A DNA stretch of 50,587 bases from an archaeon (GCA_024256285.1 JACGUG010000006.1:1-50587), one strand, 5' to 3'; shown: positions 10,310 through 24,725, counted from the stretch's first letter. Notes: generated by a model not told the origin, from the letters alone. Numbers and translations: made by a program.

Positions 10310-11101
10310 ATGACAAAAATATCCGTAAACGGCATCGATATCAATTACCAAGAAGAAGGGGCAGGTTTTCCCGTAATCTTAATCCATGGTCTGTCGGACG
10401 ATTCCACTTTATGGGCCCCCTTGATGCCGGAATTTTCCAGACATTACTGGGCCATCGCTCTGGATGTCCGGGGTCATGGGCACTCCGGAAAACCAGATAT
10501 GCCTTATTCAATCCAGCTATTCTCCGAAGACCTTTTAGGGTTCCTCAAAAAATTGGAGATCCCACAGGCTCACCTGCTAGGCCTTTCCATGGGAGGAGCC
10601 GTAGCCCAGCAGTTCGCACTTGACCATCCAGAAAAAATTCGTTCTCTCATTCTGCTTTCAACTTTCAGTTATAATGATTCTGATCTTCGGGATACCTTCA
10701 AAATGCTTCGAAAAAGCTTAGTCAGGGGTGGATTCTCTGCTTTCTTCGACGAAGCAGTTAAACTAGTGGTTACCCCTGAGTTCGCCTCCGCCAATGCCGA
10801 TGCCATTGCAGAAATGAAAGAGGAAAGTGTCAGGATCAATTCTCCTACAGCCATCCTTCACGCCATCGATGCCTGCATGGACTTCGATGTGAAAGATAGG
10901 ATGTCCCAGATCTCGCATCCCACACTGATCATCTCTGGAAGGAAGGATGTATTAACCTCGCCCCATCTAGGAGAACAGATCCATCGATCTATCAAGGGTT
11001 CGGAGTGGAAGATCATGGAAGGAGTAGGACATAACCTGCTTATTCCTGAAAAGACCTCAGAACTGGCACGGATCATCCTGGAATTTTTGGGATGTCATTG
11101 A
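10310..11101 (+). CDS. Alpha/beta hydrolase (PcaD/enol-lactonase-like)
   Basis: LIHGL, DVRGHGHS, GLSMGG nucleophile elbow, GRKD acid and GVGHN catalytic His. Confidence 0.93.
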   Translation: MTKISVNGIDINYQEEGAGFPVILIHGLSDDSTLWAPLMPEFSRHYWAIALDVRGHGHSGKPDMPYSIQLFSEDLLGFLKKLEIPQAHLLGLSMGGAVAQQFALDHPEKIRSLILLSTFSYNDSDLRDTFKMLRKSLVRGGFSAFFDEAVKLVVTPEFASANADAIAEMKEESVRINSPTAILHAIDACMDFDVKDRMSQISHPTLIISGRKDVLTSPHLGEQIHRSIKGSEWKIMEGVGHNLLIPEKTSELARIILEFLGCH

Positions 11102-11213
11102 ACCAAGGATATCATGTAGTGCTGCAATAATTCTCGAACTCAGATCTTCTACAACTTGGATTATTACTTTGCCATCGTTGAGTATTTTAACCTGATATGC
11201 CCATAGAAATAAC

Positions 11214-11414
11214 GTGAGCAAATTGCTAAGCAAAACTGAGAGAGAATTCTTGATAGGTAAAGCAGTGAGCTATGGGCATAAGAGAAAGCTAATCCATACC
11301 ATCAGAAAGAAGGTCAAGACTTTCTTCATGCTTGAATTACCTTTAATCCAGAACAGCCCTTATGACAAGATCGTTACTGAAATCAGTAACAATGTTACTA
11401 AAAACAGTAACTAA
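11214..11414 (+). CDS. Small basic protein next to the tRNA 3' end, probable mobile-element DNA-binding protein
   Basis: 66 aa and Lys/Arg-rich (LLSKTEREFL...GHKRKLIHTIRKKVK...ELPLI). The last 13 codons are formed by tandem DNA palindromes. Confidence 0.55.
   Translation: MSKLLSKTEREFLIGKAVSYGHKRKLIHTIRKKVKTFFMLELPLIQNSPYDKIVTEISNNVTKNSN
11373..11411. repeat. Two tandem 18-bp palindromes with a 21-bp period
   Basis: GTTACTGAAATCAGTAAC (11373-11390) and GTTACTAAAAACAGTAAC (11394-11411). Confidence 0.9.
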
Positions 11415-11471
11415 AAGGAGAGTTGATAAAAGAGGCTCCAATAACGGTAAGTCTCCTCATACATCAAAAGA

Positions 11472-11547
11472 TGGGGTCGGTGGGATTTGAACCCACGATC
11501 GCTACCGCCCCAGGGTAGAATCCTTGACCAAGCTAGACGACGACCCC
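11472..11547 (-). tRNA. tRNA-Pro(GGG)
   Basis: Reverse complement gives acceptor stem GGGGTCG/CGACCCC-A, anticodon arm CTACC-CT GGG GC-GGTAG and T arm GTGGG TTCAAAT CCCAC. No intron and no encoded CCA. Confidence 0.97.
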
Positions 11548-11583
11548 TATAAATCCGTCATAAGATTGATAATTTAATTAATT

Positions 11584-13011
11584 TTATGAATCTTTATCTA
11601 TCGTCAACAATCTATCTGAACTCAACAGTCTGACCAACTCTTTCGCCATCCATGGCATAGATAAAAACTCGACATTTTCATCCCCAAGATGAATTTCATA
11701 GGTATCCACCATATCGTCTAAAAGACCTGGTGCTATGCCCAAGCCTCTTTTTTTATGAAGCAAAAGATTGAAGAAATCATCTATGCCCTTGATCCTCCTC
11801 TCCGTCAAAGCATAAAGCCTGGCATCATCGCCCAGCCAGATCAATTTCGATCTTTTAAGATTCTTGGCGATGAACTTCCTTGAATCCTCGTATCTGAAGA
11901 CCTCTGGACCCTTTTTATCTTCTATCTCGGGTTGCTCAAGGCTCTCCATCAAGAAGATAAAGGCACTCTCCTCCTTCTCGTCTGTAGCGCAAGTAGCCCT
12001 AAGGACTTTGAAGTCATAAAGATCGAATTGCTTTAGAATATGGTTGAGACTCCTCTTCAACTGACCCCAAAGAACATCTACGCTTCTTTTACTATGCTTG
12101 AACTTTAAGGTTACAAGATTTCTCATCAGTTCACTCTTCTCGATTTTATCCAGACGACCTTTTTCGCCTATGAAGTATCTCAAGCTCGGCTTCTCCAAGA
12201 ATGCCCTCGATGCTAAAATAAACTCGGCGAGCTTCTTTGGCGAAATCGCGTTTCCAAGGTTCCTCCTAGAATCTACAGGATCGAGTATTATCACGCTAGC
12301 CTTTAGGAATCTTTTCTTAAGGTCTTCATCTATCTTTTCTAAACTTATCACTTCTCCCTCCATCCATCTTGATGTAGACTTGAGGGTGGAAAGGAAGGAC
12401 CCATACTTTAAACACAAGACCTCACAGACGTACCCGCTGAAGCCTTGTATGGCTATCTCTGCGCCATAGACCCCCACTCCCTTCATGAACTTTTTGAGCA
12501 ACCTCGCCTCTCTTCGAAGACTGTCGTTCAATTCTTCTGTCATGAATATGGTATGGTAAGGAGACCTATCTGCTGCACTCTTCCACTCACCCTTCTTCAC
12601 ATCGTAGCAGGGAACGACGTTGACTCCAACATCTTCGATGTAAGCCTCTACGTATGGATGCTCGGCGTATCTCAATATCGGTTCATAGTCTTTCATCGAC
12701 TCCAGAGCAACATCTAAACCGTACTTTTTTAGGTCTGCTTTGTCCAAGCTCTTTGGAAATCTAACGAAGATGTCTATGTCTGCCTCCCCCTTCAGCCAAG
12801 TGCCTTTTGCATAAGACCCTCCCAGCACCACATCTGGTTTAAATCTGCTCTTCGATGCCACTTTTGAAACTCTCTGAAGAGCAAGAGAAGCTATGGCTTT
12901 TACATGGTTGATCTCTCCTTCTGCTGGCTCTACGATCTTCAAGGCATCCGATATTACCTTACTCAATTCATTGGATATATCAGTCCACCCCGAACTGGAA
13001 GGTATGAACAT
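11584..13011 (-). CDS. cca: CCA-adding enzyme (archaeal class I)
   Basis: GSYAKGTWLKGEADIDIF, YAEHPY, SAADRSPYHT, GFSGY and DPVD..RNLG motifs. The true start is probably just downstream of the thpR stop (about 12966). Confidence 0.97.
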   Translation of the reverse strand: MFIPSSSGWTDISNELSKVISDALKIVEPAEGEINHVKAIASLALQRVSKVASKSRFKPDVVLGGSYAKGTWLKGEADIDIFVRFPKSLDKADLKKYGLDVALESMKDYEPILRYAEHPYVEAYIEDVGVNVVPCYDVKKGEWKSAADRSPYHTIFMTEELNDSLRREARLLKKFMKGVGVYGAEIAIQGFSGYVCEVLCLKYGSFLSTLKSTSRWMEGEVISLEKIDEDLKKRFLKASVIILDPVDSRRNLGNAISPKKLAEFILASRAFLEKPSLRYFIGEKGRLDKIEKSELMRNLVTLKFKHSKRSVDVLWGQLKRSLNHILKQFDLYDFKVLRATCATDEKEESAFIFLMESLEQPEIEDKKGPEVFRYEDSRKFIAKNLKRSKLIWLGDDARLYALTERRIKGIDDFFNLLLHKKRGLGIAPGLLDDMVDTYEIHLGDENVEFLSMPWMAKELVRLLSSDRLLTIDKDS

Positions 13012-13546
13012 CGCTGTATATGGGACCTTTCGGAGTCAGATCGCTCTTCTTGAGCTTCAGAGACATTATTGTTTCTTCGCCGAAGGCTTGACTCTCGTAC
13101 TCCTTTATCACATCTAGCAATCTATCCCTGTTCTTCCCACTCTTCACTCTAGAGATGGTGACATGTGGTTGAAAGCCTCTTCTATCACTGCGCACAAGGC
13201 CTTTCAACCTCTCTTCCACTGTATTCGCTACATTGAACAGATCGTCTCTACAGCTCTTCTCTACGCCTACCCAGATCACGGAGACTCTACGAGGACTTGG
13301 AAAGACCCCCATCCCTTTATAAGCTATATGCAAGGGTCTGAATCTGACACTCTTTAATGAGTTTATAATTTTTGTTGTCAAAGCTTCGTTTATCTCTCCG
13401 AAGAACTTGACGGTGAAGTGTAGATTGTTGGGCTCTACGAGCTTTATGTCGGCTTCTGTCTTTCTAAGCTTGTCTTGAACTTCTTCGATCAACCTGACAG
13501 TCCTTTCATCTCCTACATCTAGAGCAAGGAAAGACCTCATCGACAT
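12980..13546 (-). CDS. thpR: RNA 2',3'-cyclic phosphodiesterase (2H family)
   Basis: Two HxT motifs (LHFTVKF, PHVTISRVK) and a C-terminal LTPKGPIY. Adjacent to cca. Confidence 0.95.
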   Translation of the reverse strand: MSMRSFLALDVGDERTVRLIEEVQDKLRKTEADIKLVEPNNLHFTVKFFGEINEALTTKIINSLKSVRFRPLHIAYKGMGVFPSPRRVSVIWVGVEKSCRDDLFNVANTVEERLKGLVRSDRRGFQPHVTISRVKSGKNRDRLLDVIKEYESQAFGEETIMSLKLKKSDLTPKGPIYSDVHTFQFGVD

Positions 13547-13667
13547 CCCCAGTTACTACTATACTGGCCCTTTTTTTATTTTTGCAAACTTTAAAAAGAG
13601 GCATCGATCGTTTGTAAGGTTGTCAAGAGATTTTGTGGAGGATTTCTATAGGTAAAAGGGGTTTAAC

Positions 13668-14072
13668 TTGAAAATCCTACCTTTTTTAAAAGAATTAAAG
13701 GTAACTGTAGAAGCTTATGTCAACCCATCTGAAGATGTCGATAAAGTGAAAACTTCTATCCGAAACCTGATCAAGCACATAGAGCCAGATTTCTCACAAG
13801 ATAAAATCGTAACTACTTCGACAAAAGATGAGAAGAGCTTATATTTTATCTATGAGCGGATAAGGGCGAAGCAGACATTGGCTGTAGTGCGCAGGTTGCT
13901 TTTGAGGCATATGAATCAGGATACTACATGGCTTATCTTCAATAAACAGGCTGCATTCGTAGGGTCTGTCAACGTCTGTGAAGAAGAGAGCGAGCCGCCT
14001 CTAGGCCCCATAAAGCTCGTCATACAAAGCCCTTATCTCGGTGAATTTATAGATTGGTTAGCTCCAGAGTGA
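13668..14072 (+). CDS. DUF54/UPF0201 putative RNA-binding protein
   Basis: VNPSEDVDKV, FNKQAAFVG, PLGPI and FIDWL motifs. Confidence 0.88.
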   Translation: MKILPFLKELKVTVEAYVNPSEDVDKVKTSIRNLIKHIEPDFSQDKIVTTSTKDEKSLYFIYERIRAKQTLAVVRRLLLRHMNQDTTWLIFNKQAAFVGSVNVCEEESEPPLGPIKLVIQSPYLGEFIDWLAPE

Positions 14073-14076
14073 TTTC

Positions 14077-14871
14077 ATGGCTTTAGTCGGTCTATCTTCC
14101 CTCTACATCTTCTTAAAAGGGGAGCCTTTTGAAGATGTAATAAAAGAGGTACAGTCTGAGAGAGAAGGTTCCCAGAAACCAGATATCTGGGAGATAGTCG
14201 ATGAAGGCCATCACTCTCTTACTCGTAAAAGGGTCAGAATGATTCAGGATCTGAGTTCACAGGGATATACCTTCACCATCCATTCTCCCTACAGTAGTAC
14301 AAATATAGCAGATCTGGATAGTGGCAGACGCCGTGAGTCATTAGTCAAGCTTAAGAAGTCCATAGAGTCGGCAGCTGAAGCTGAGGCTAAAGCCCTTGTT
14401 CTGCACCCTGGTCTGAAAGCAAGGGATAAAGATCAGACCATGGCTGAGAGGTTGAATGAAGAGTCGATCTTAACTCTTTACGACTATGCCGAGTCTTCAG
14501 GTATAGTTCTTGCCTTGGAGAATATGAACCCTGCTACCCAGCATTTCATGACCAAGCCAAGAGATTTTGAAGAGTTCTTTGAGAGAAATAAAGTTCGTCT
14601 AAAGATGGTCTTCGATGTAGGGCATGCATACATAGGATCACTTGTAGACGAATTCATATCAAAGCTTTCAGATAGGTTCATCACAGTTCACTTTCACGAT
14701 AATAAAGGTGATAGGGATGAGCACTTAGGGATAGGGGATGGCTCCATCGATTGGAGAGGGGTTACATCTCAACTCATAAGGCTGGACTTTAGGGGCATGT
14801 ATATAGTAGAGTCTGTTGTAAAACCTTACGAGTCTGTAGCAAAATTAAAGGAGATGCTGGAACCATTTTAA
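14077..14871 (+). CDS. Sugar phosphate isomerase/epimerase (AP-endonuclease-2 TIM barrel)
   Basis: TIHSP, LHPG, ALENM, FDVGHA, HFHDN..DEHL.IGDG and IVE metal ligands. Confidence 0.88.
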   Translation: MALVGLSSLYIFLKGEPFEDVIKEVQSEREGSQKPDIWEIVDEGHHSLTRKRVRMIQDLSSQGYTFTIHSPYSSTNIADLDSGRRRESLVKLKKSIESAAEAEAKALVLHPGLKARDKDQTMAERLNEESILTLYDYAESSGIVLALENMNPATQHFMTKPRDFEEFFERNKVRLKMVFDVGHAYIGSLVDEFISKLSDRFITVHFHDNKGDRDEHLGIGDGSIDWRGVTSQLIRLDFRGMYIVESVVKPYESVAKLKEMLEPF

Positions 14872-14983
14872 CCATCTAACGATTCGTTGGCATAATGATT
14901 TGATTAAAGATTGTCAGTAAAAAACCTAAAAGTTACGTTGCCCTCAAGCTTTTAATATCTCCATTCTGTTATAGTCACTGGCG

Positions 14984-15292
14984 ATGGTCTTGTCTGAAGA
15001 AGCAAAACTCGAAGAACTTCGTAAAGAGATTATCGATCTCTGTCAGAGGGTTAATAAAAGGATTAGAGAGTTGGGCGATGTCGATATCATGACCTACCGC
15101 TCAGACCCTGTTATCAAAGGTTTGCAGGACGATATCTGCAAAATCTACCGCAGTGCTGTAAGGTCATGTAAGACTTATGGCGAAGCCTCAGGGATCTGCA
15201 AACTCTTCATGAGTGAACCTGGCTGTCTTACTCAATTGATGCTATCAGAGGAAGTCGCATGCTTTGTAGAAGCTGAGGAAGAGGAGGAATAA
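14984..15292 (+). CDS. Hypothetical Cys-rich helical protein with an acidic tail
   Basis: 102-aa ORF filling the intergenic space, with a TATA-like TTTAATAT upstream. Six Cys and an EAEEEEE C-terminus. Confidence 0.7.
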   Translation: MVLSEEAKLEELRKEIIDLCQRVNKRIRELGDVDIMTYRSDPVIKGLQDDICKIYRSAVRSCKTYGEASGICKLFMSEPGCLTQLMLSEEVACFVEAEEEEE

Positions 15293-15357
15293 CCTCTGAA
15301 TATTTTTATTTTATGAAAAATATTTTAGGCAAGAATAGTCCAAAACTCTAATCATCT

Positions 15358-16287
15358 TTAAACTCGCTCATCTGGGTAGGGGACTTCTATTACGTCTAGA
15401 TCAGACGCAGCTATAACATTTGGATGTATCTTTAAGGCTTGAGACACCAACTTACTCACATTGCTGTACCTTGCACTGAAATGAGTAAGAACGAGTAACT
15501 TTGCTCCAGCATCTTTTGCTAATTGGGCTGCTTCTACGCATGTTGAGTGCATGTTCTCCTTCGCTTTGTCCTGATACTCTTCCCCATAAGTTGAGTCGAA
15601 TACGATCACATCGGCGTTAGAGAAAAGTTTGGATAGAAGAGGACTCGGTCTAGTGTCCCCAGATATGCCTATCTTTCTCCCTGGGCGTTTCGGTCCTAAG
15701 ACCTGATCTGGGGTGACTATCTTGTCTCCAATGGTTACGCTCTCACCACGTTGTAAGGTCGACCACAGTCTCCCCTTTGGTACGCCAAGTTTTGATGCCT
15801 TCTCAGGATAAAATACTCCTTGTCTATCGAACTCTTTCAATAGATATGAGTAAGACCTTACAGAATGCTCAGATCGGCAAGCTTCAATTACATAATCCTT
15901 CTCTCTCACAACTACCCCTCTTTTGACCTCATGGACAACGATCTGGAATGTAAGACCGAATTTTAGGTATCTTATGTTATGCCTCAAAAATCCTATGGTC
16001 CCTCTCGGCCCGTAGATATCTAAGGGTCTATCCCTATTGAGTAGAGACATAGTTTGTAAAAGACCGAGGAGACCGAGTATATGATCGCCATGAAAATGGG
16101 TGATGAATATCTTCGTTATCCTACTGAATCCGATGCCTGCCTTGATCATCTGCCTTTGCGTTCCTTCACCCACATCGAACAGCAGTATCTCTTTGCCTCT
16201 CATCAATGCTACAGAAGTCAAACCTCTTTCAGGTGTGGGGATCGAGGAGGAAGTCCCAAGAAATATGAGTCTCAATTGACAGATCAT
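15358..16287 (-). CDS. rnz: Ribonuclease Z
   Basis: FLGTSS, DVGEGTQRQ, THFHGDH, GVPKG exosite, SGDTRP, HST and THFSARY motifs. Confidence 0.97.
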   Translation of the reverse strand: MICQLRLIFLGTSSSIPTPERGLTSVALMRGKEILLFDVGEGTQRQMIKAGIGFSRITKIFITHFHGDHILGLLGLLQTMSLLNRDRPLDIYGPRGTIGFLRHNIRYLKFGLTFQIVVHEVKRGVVVREKDYVIEACRSEHSVRSYSYLLKEFDRQGVFYPEKASKLGVPKGRLWSTLQRGESVTIGDKIVTPDQVLGPKRPGRKIGISGDTRPSPLLSKLFSNADVIVFDSTYGEEYQDKAKENMHSTCVEAAQLAKDAGAKLLVLTHFSARYSNVSKLVSQALKIHPNVIAASDLDVIEVPYPDERV

Positions 16288-16431
16288 CTGCCTCCTTTAA
16301 ATCTGACCATATATGTATGATTTACATTAATAAATTGTTGATGTGTGGCGTCTTTTATTATCGTTTTTATTATCAAAGGTAACAATGGAAAAACTAAAAA
16401 GCCCGTAAGACGATTTTATTCTAGATATCTT

Positions 16432-17181
16432 ATGCTTAAAAAAATTGAGATCGTTGAGAGAGAAGGCATTAAGATAGATGAGCCAACGGTTATAGAAGGT
16501 TTTCCAGATGTAGGCTTGGTGGGGGTCATAGCATCGTCTTACTTGGTGGATAAGTTAGAATTGGTTGAGGTAGCCCATATAGAATCTGCGCTCTTCCCTC
16601 CTGTCATGGTGCTTCATAAAGGGATTCTCACAGAGCCTGTTAGGATGTTTAGCAATGGAAAGATAATCGTCGTTACATCTGAAATCGCCATACCCCCAAA
16701 AGCGATATACGATCTTGCTGATGTGCTTTCAGACTGGTTCAAAGAGAAGAAGGCCAAACTCGTCGTCTCTTTAAGTGGCATCCCCGTTCAAAATAGAATG
16801 GAGATCGATACCCCTTCAGTCTATGGTGTTGGAAATAGTGAGAAGTGGATGAATATATTTAAGAAAAATGATATAGAAGTTATGGAAGAGGGATTTATGG
16901 CGGGTATCTATGCTTTACTCTTAAAAGGGTGCTTGAAAAGAGGTATACCAGCCATCGCCTTCCTCTCCCAATCTTTTCTAAATTACCCCGATCCCGGGGC
17001 TGCTGCATCGGCAATACTGTCCCTTAACAAGATTCTAAAGTTGGATGTAGATGTAAAACCTTTGCTTGAAAAGGCTGATGAAATCAGGGTGAAGGCGAGA
17101 GATCTGATGAAACAGGCTCAGGGCACTATGGGGGCTGTGAGAAAACCTTTAGAGAGGGAGATTCCGATAATGTACCATTAA
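16432..17181 (+). CDS. PAC2-family proteasome assembly chaperone
   Basis: EGFPDVGLVG.IA, YPDPGAA and a C-terminal HbYX-like IMYH. The ATG at 16432 is preferred to the ORF-track GTG at 16345. Confidence 0.9.
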   Translation: MLKKIEIVEREGIKIDEPTVIEGFPDVGLVGVIASSYLVDKLELVEVAHIESALFPPVMVLHKGILTEPVRMFSNGKIIVVTSEIAIPPKAIYDLADVLSDWFKEKKAKLVVSLSGIPVQNRMEIDTPSVYGVGNSEKWMNIFKKNDIEVMEEGFMAGIYALLLKGCLKRGIPAIAFLSQSFLNYPDPGAAASAILSLNKILKLDVDVKPLLEKADEIRVKARDLMKQAQGTMGAVRKPLEREIPIMYH

Positions 17182-17195
17182 TAAATAGGATACTT

Positions 17196-17612
17196 ATGTG
17201 GAGGGGAAGAAGGTTGTCAGAATGGATTGATGAATTCTTAGAGCAGGCTTACAGTGAACTAATGCGCCCTTCTTGGGATGCTATTGAAAAATGCTTAGAG
17301 CCACTCGTCAACATCGAAGATAGAGAGGATGAGATAGTTGTTACTGTTGATCTGCCTTATGTTGAGGATAAGAACGATATAAGCATAGACATAGCTGAAG
17401 ACTCGCTCGAGATACGTGCGGAGATCAAGAAGGCCATTAGATGGGAGAGGTGGGGAACTGTCCAGAAGCGTATCTGGTTTAAATCTTTTAGGAAGTTCAT
17501 AAAGCTTCCAAGTAAAGTCGATCCTGAAAAATCTAGGGCAACATTTAGAAGAGGCATATTAGAGATATCTCTTCCTAAGGTTAGAAGAAGGTTTACAATA
17601 AAGATACAGTGA
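17196..17612 (+). CDS. Small heat-shock protein (Hsp20/alpha-crystallin)
   Basis: EPLVNIED, VDLP, IKLPSKVDP and ATFRRGILEISLPK motifs. Confidence 0.93.
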   Translation: MWRGRRLSEWIDEFLEQAYSELMRPSWDAIEKCLEPLVNIEDREDEIVVTVDLPYVEDKNDISIDIAEDSLEIRAEIKKAIRWERWGTVQKRIWFKSFRKFIKLPSKVDPEKSRATFRRGILEISLPKVRRRFTIKIQ

Positions 17613-17629
17613 GTCTTAAGATTCCAGTA

Positions 17630-17647
17630 ACAAAATATTTATATATA
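17630..17647 (+). promoter_or_regulatory. Probable rRNA operon promoter (BRE/TATA)
   Basis: A-rich stretch followed by TTTATATA at 17638-17645, about 180 nt upstream of the 16S gene. Confidence 0.55.
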
Positions 17648-17823
17648 ACATTTGATATATTATTGAATTTGCGTATTATATGGCGGCGTTAGGGTCAAGC
17701 TTATGGGCCGAGCCCTGCGCGATGCAACTCCTAACCTCCAAATGCGCGAACATCGATGGAGATTCAACATAAGTTGGATCCAACATGGGTCGTGTGCCCT
17801 CGCAAAAGTCAACCGTACCTTCG

Positions 17824-19324
<1,501 letters not shown>

Positions 19325-19427
19325 TAGAAAGAATACGGTTGGCTGCGAAGAGGCACACGAACCATCTAGATGCAACTCAACAGTATGTTGTTGGGTGAAG
19401 GGCGTAGTGAGTTCTACTCACGATTAC

Positions 19428-19466
19428 CGCCATGCATAGTTGCGTAAGCATTTATGGAAGATTCAT
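19428..19466 (+). other. 5' strand of the 23S processing stem with a bulge-helix-bulge
   Basis: CGCCATGCATAGTT (19428-19441) is a perfect 14-bp complement of AACTATGCATGGCG (22543-22556). It is followed by a 4-bp GCGT/GCGC helix with 3-nt bulges. Confidence 0.8.
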
Positions 19467-22516
<3,050 letters not shown>

Positions 22517-22605
22517 GAAAGAATCTCCCATAAGGGCGCAAAAACTATGCATGGCGACCCGATATGCCCCAAAACTCTACCGAACTTTCTCCTTAAAGTA
22601 CTGTT

Positions 22606-23652
22606 TTAGAGGTCTTCGAATAGAACAGTTCTGTTCAACTCTCCAACTATAGGTATCTTATATCCACAATAGATGCATCCTTTATGCTCATCCAAGTACC
22701 AACCAGTGATATCCCAACCAATCCTCCTCACAACTATCTTACCACATCCAGGACAGTACGTATGCTCCAATCTATGACCAGGGACGTTTCCTACATAGAC
22801 ATACCTTAATCCAACCTTTTTGGCTACATTATGGTGTCTCTCTAAAGTTTCAAGGGGTGTAGGATGAAGGTGCATAAGTTTGTAATTGGGTTGAAACCTC
22901 AAGAAGTGGAGGGGCACATCAGGACCAAGATTTTCGTAGATCCATCTAGATAGCTTTCTTGCCTCTTCAAGATCGTCGCCTATCTTCGGAACTACTAGGT
23001 CGGTTATCTCTACATGAATCCTTGTCTTATCCCTGATATCCAATAATGTCTGGAAGATGGGGTCGGCGTTTGAAACTCCAGCATACCTCTTAAGAAAGCC
23101 GGTCTCACCATTTCCCTTGAAGTCTACTGTTATGCAGTCAAGAAATTCTTTCATCATCCTTACAGCATCTGGTGTGCAGTAGCCATTCGATACAAATATA
23201 TTGACCAACCCTTTATCTCTGGCGATTACTCCAACATCATGGGCAAATTCGATGAATATCGTGGGCTCGTTGTATGTATAGGCAACACCTTGGCATCCGT
23301 AATCTTCTGCTAACTTCACTACCTCCTCTGGGGTTACATCCGTGCCTTCGACCTTCCTACGCTGGCTCATATCATAATTCTGGCAATAATGGCAGAGCCA
23401 GTTACAGCCTGTAGTACCGATCGAGAAGACCTTAGAGCCTGGCATATAATGAATTATAGGCTTCTTCTCTATGGGGTCTACATGAGCTGCCATGACCTTG
23501 CCGTAAACCGATAGGTGCAACTTGCCACCTATATTCTGTCTCACGCCACAGAACCCTATCTTGCCTTCAGGGATACTGCAGTAGCGGGCACAGGCAGTGC
23601 ACTTCACCCTATCATCAGGCAATCGCTCATATAGTACAGCCTCTTTGATCAA
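22606..23652 (-). CDS. amrS: AmmeMemoRadiSam system radical SAM enzyme
   Basis: N-terminal [31 protein letters not shown] (CxxxCxxC), AYTYNEP and a C-terminal TYCPGC. Confidence 0.93.
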   Translation of the reverse strand: MIKEAVLYERLPDDRVKCTACARYCSIPEGKIGFCGVRQNIGGKLHLSVYGKVMAAHVDPIEKKPIIHYMPGSKVFSIGTTGCNWLCHYCQNYDMSQRRKVEGTDVTPEEVVKLAEDYGCQGVAYTYNEPTIFIEFAHDVGVIARDKGLVNIFVSNGYCTPDAVRMMKEFLDCITVDFKGNGETGFLKRYAGVSNADPIFQTLLDIRDKTRIHVEITDLVVPKIGDDLEEARKLSRWIYENLGPDVPLHFLRFQPNYKLMHLHPTPLETLERHHNVAKKVGLRYVYVGNVPGHRLEHTYCPGCGKIVVRRIGWDITGWYLDEHKGCIYCGYKIPIVGELNRTVLFEDL

Positions 23653-23769
23653 TCTACCATTATCACAAGATAATCAATTAATGACATTGGTTATATTGAG
23701 TTTTTGGATGTCTTCGGCATATATAAATAAACTACAAGAAATTTAATATAATAGTGGCCTCTTAAGTGG

Positions 23770-24261
23770 GTGAATTTACAAATGCATGTCTGGATAATGA
23801 TCTCTGCAAAAAGGGCTAGCCTTGACGTTGGGAAGTTGATTCGGGACAGTCTTAACCTTGATGCTATCGAGGTCTTAGGTCTATACGATGTAGTCGTTAG
23901 GGCAGATGTCGAAAGTCTCAACGATCTTTGGGAAAATCATATCTCATTGATCAACTCTCTTCCTCTGGTCGGCGGTTGCACAACTTACCTCTCTCTCTAC
24001 GAGAGGACAAGGAAGATATATCGAAGGCCGTCGGCATTTATTCTTATCAAAGCTGCACAGTCTGAACATATAGAAATCCAAGATAAAATCTTCAATATAG
24101 AGGAAGTCCAAAAAGTTGACATCGTTCTTGGCGCTTATGATATGATCGCTGAAGTCACCACAAATTCGATATCTAGTCTTTTCAAAGTCGTTCGCAAAGT
24201 GATGAACGTATCAAGTAACATCCTCAAAACAGTGACTATGGTCACCTTTCCAGAGGAGTAA
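23770..24261 (+). CDS. Lrp/AsnC ligand-binding (RAM) domain protein, tandem domains, no HTH
   Basis: Two copies of the V-G-YD motif (EVLGLYDVV, IVLGAYDMI). Confidence 0.8.
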   Translation: MNLQMHVWIMISAKRASLDVGKLIRDSLNLDAIEVLGLYDVVVRADVESLNDLWENHISLINSLPLVGGCTTYLSLYERTRKIYRRPSAFILIKAAQSEHIEIQDKIFNIEEVQKVDIVLGAYDMIAEVTTNSISSLFKVVRKVMNVSSNILKTVTMVTFPEE

Positions 24262-24275
24262 TTACAATTACTATC

Positions 24276-24565
24276 GGATGCGTGTCGGCAGTAGCCCTCT
24301 TTCTGTTTTATGCGGGATTCGACTTAGCGACCTACCCAAGTCTCGTGCAGAACTCATCGACTTCTTTTGGTCTTGCTCCACGTGGGTCAACCGTTTCACT
24401 CCTACCCAGAAACCTCAATAATTTATCATCGTGCACTCTGGTTCGGATCTCGTTTCTGTTTTGTTGCCAACCATCTCTGGTTACGCCTCACGGCGCCACG
24501 TTTCTGCATGGAGAGAGGAGCTTCCTCAGGGCATAGCCCCGTAACCCGCTCACCGACTCGCATCC
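24276..24565 (-). ncRNA. rnpB: RNase P RNA
   Basis: The reverse complement has a P1 stem GGATGCG...CGCATCC, GAGGAAGCTCC (CR I), ACAGAAAC, TGAAAC, GGAGCAAG and AACAGAAAGAGGGCTA (CR V). Confidence 0.96.
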
Positions 24566-24725
24566 ATGTTAACAATACCAATTTTGACCTATTAGTCTTT
24601 CGATTTTTAGTGACGACCTTGTTCATGGATGTTTTAGGTTGAGAAGTTCATTAACAAAATAAACTTGTTACAGAGAGGTAATAGAAAAGTCAAGTTGAGA
24701 GAGAAGATAAATTAATATCGAGTTT

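Noticed and set aside
10081-10623. 180-aa ORF overlapping the hydrolase
   Set aside because: Alternative frame of the alpha/beta hydrolase with no motifs.
9880-11470. Second att copy (duplicated tRNA-Pro 3' end) or an integrase gene
   Set aside because: No repeat of TGGGGTCGGTGGGATTTGAACC and no tyrosine recombinase was found by eye, so an intact integrated element cannot be claimed.
14980-15020. GGCGATGGTCTTGTC resembling the start of a fluoride riboswitch
   Set aside because: The downstream GCTRATGAC pseudoknot half is missing and the sequence is simply the ORF start.
24282-24642. ORFs 24282-24536, 24367-24642 and 24426-24626
   Set aside because: They overlap the RNase P RNA gene.
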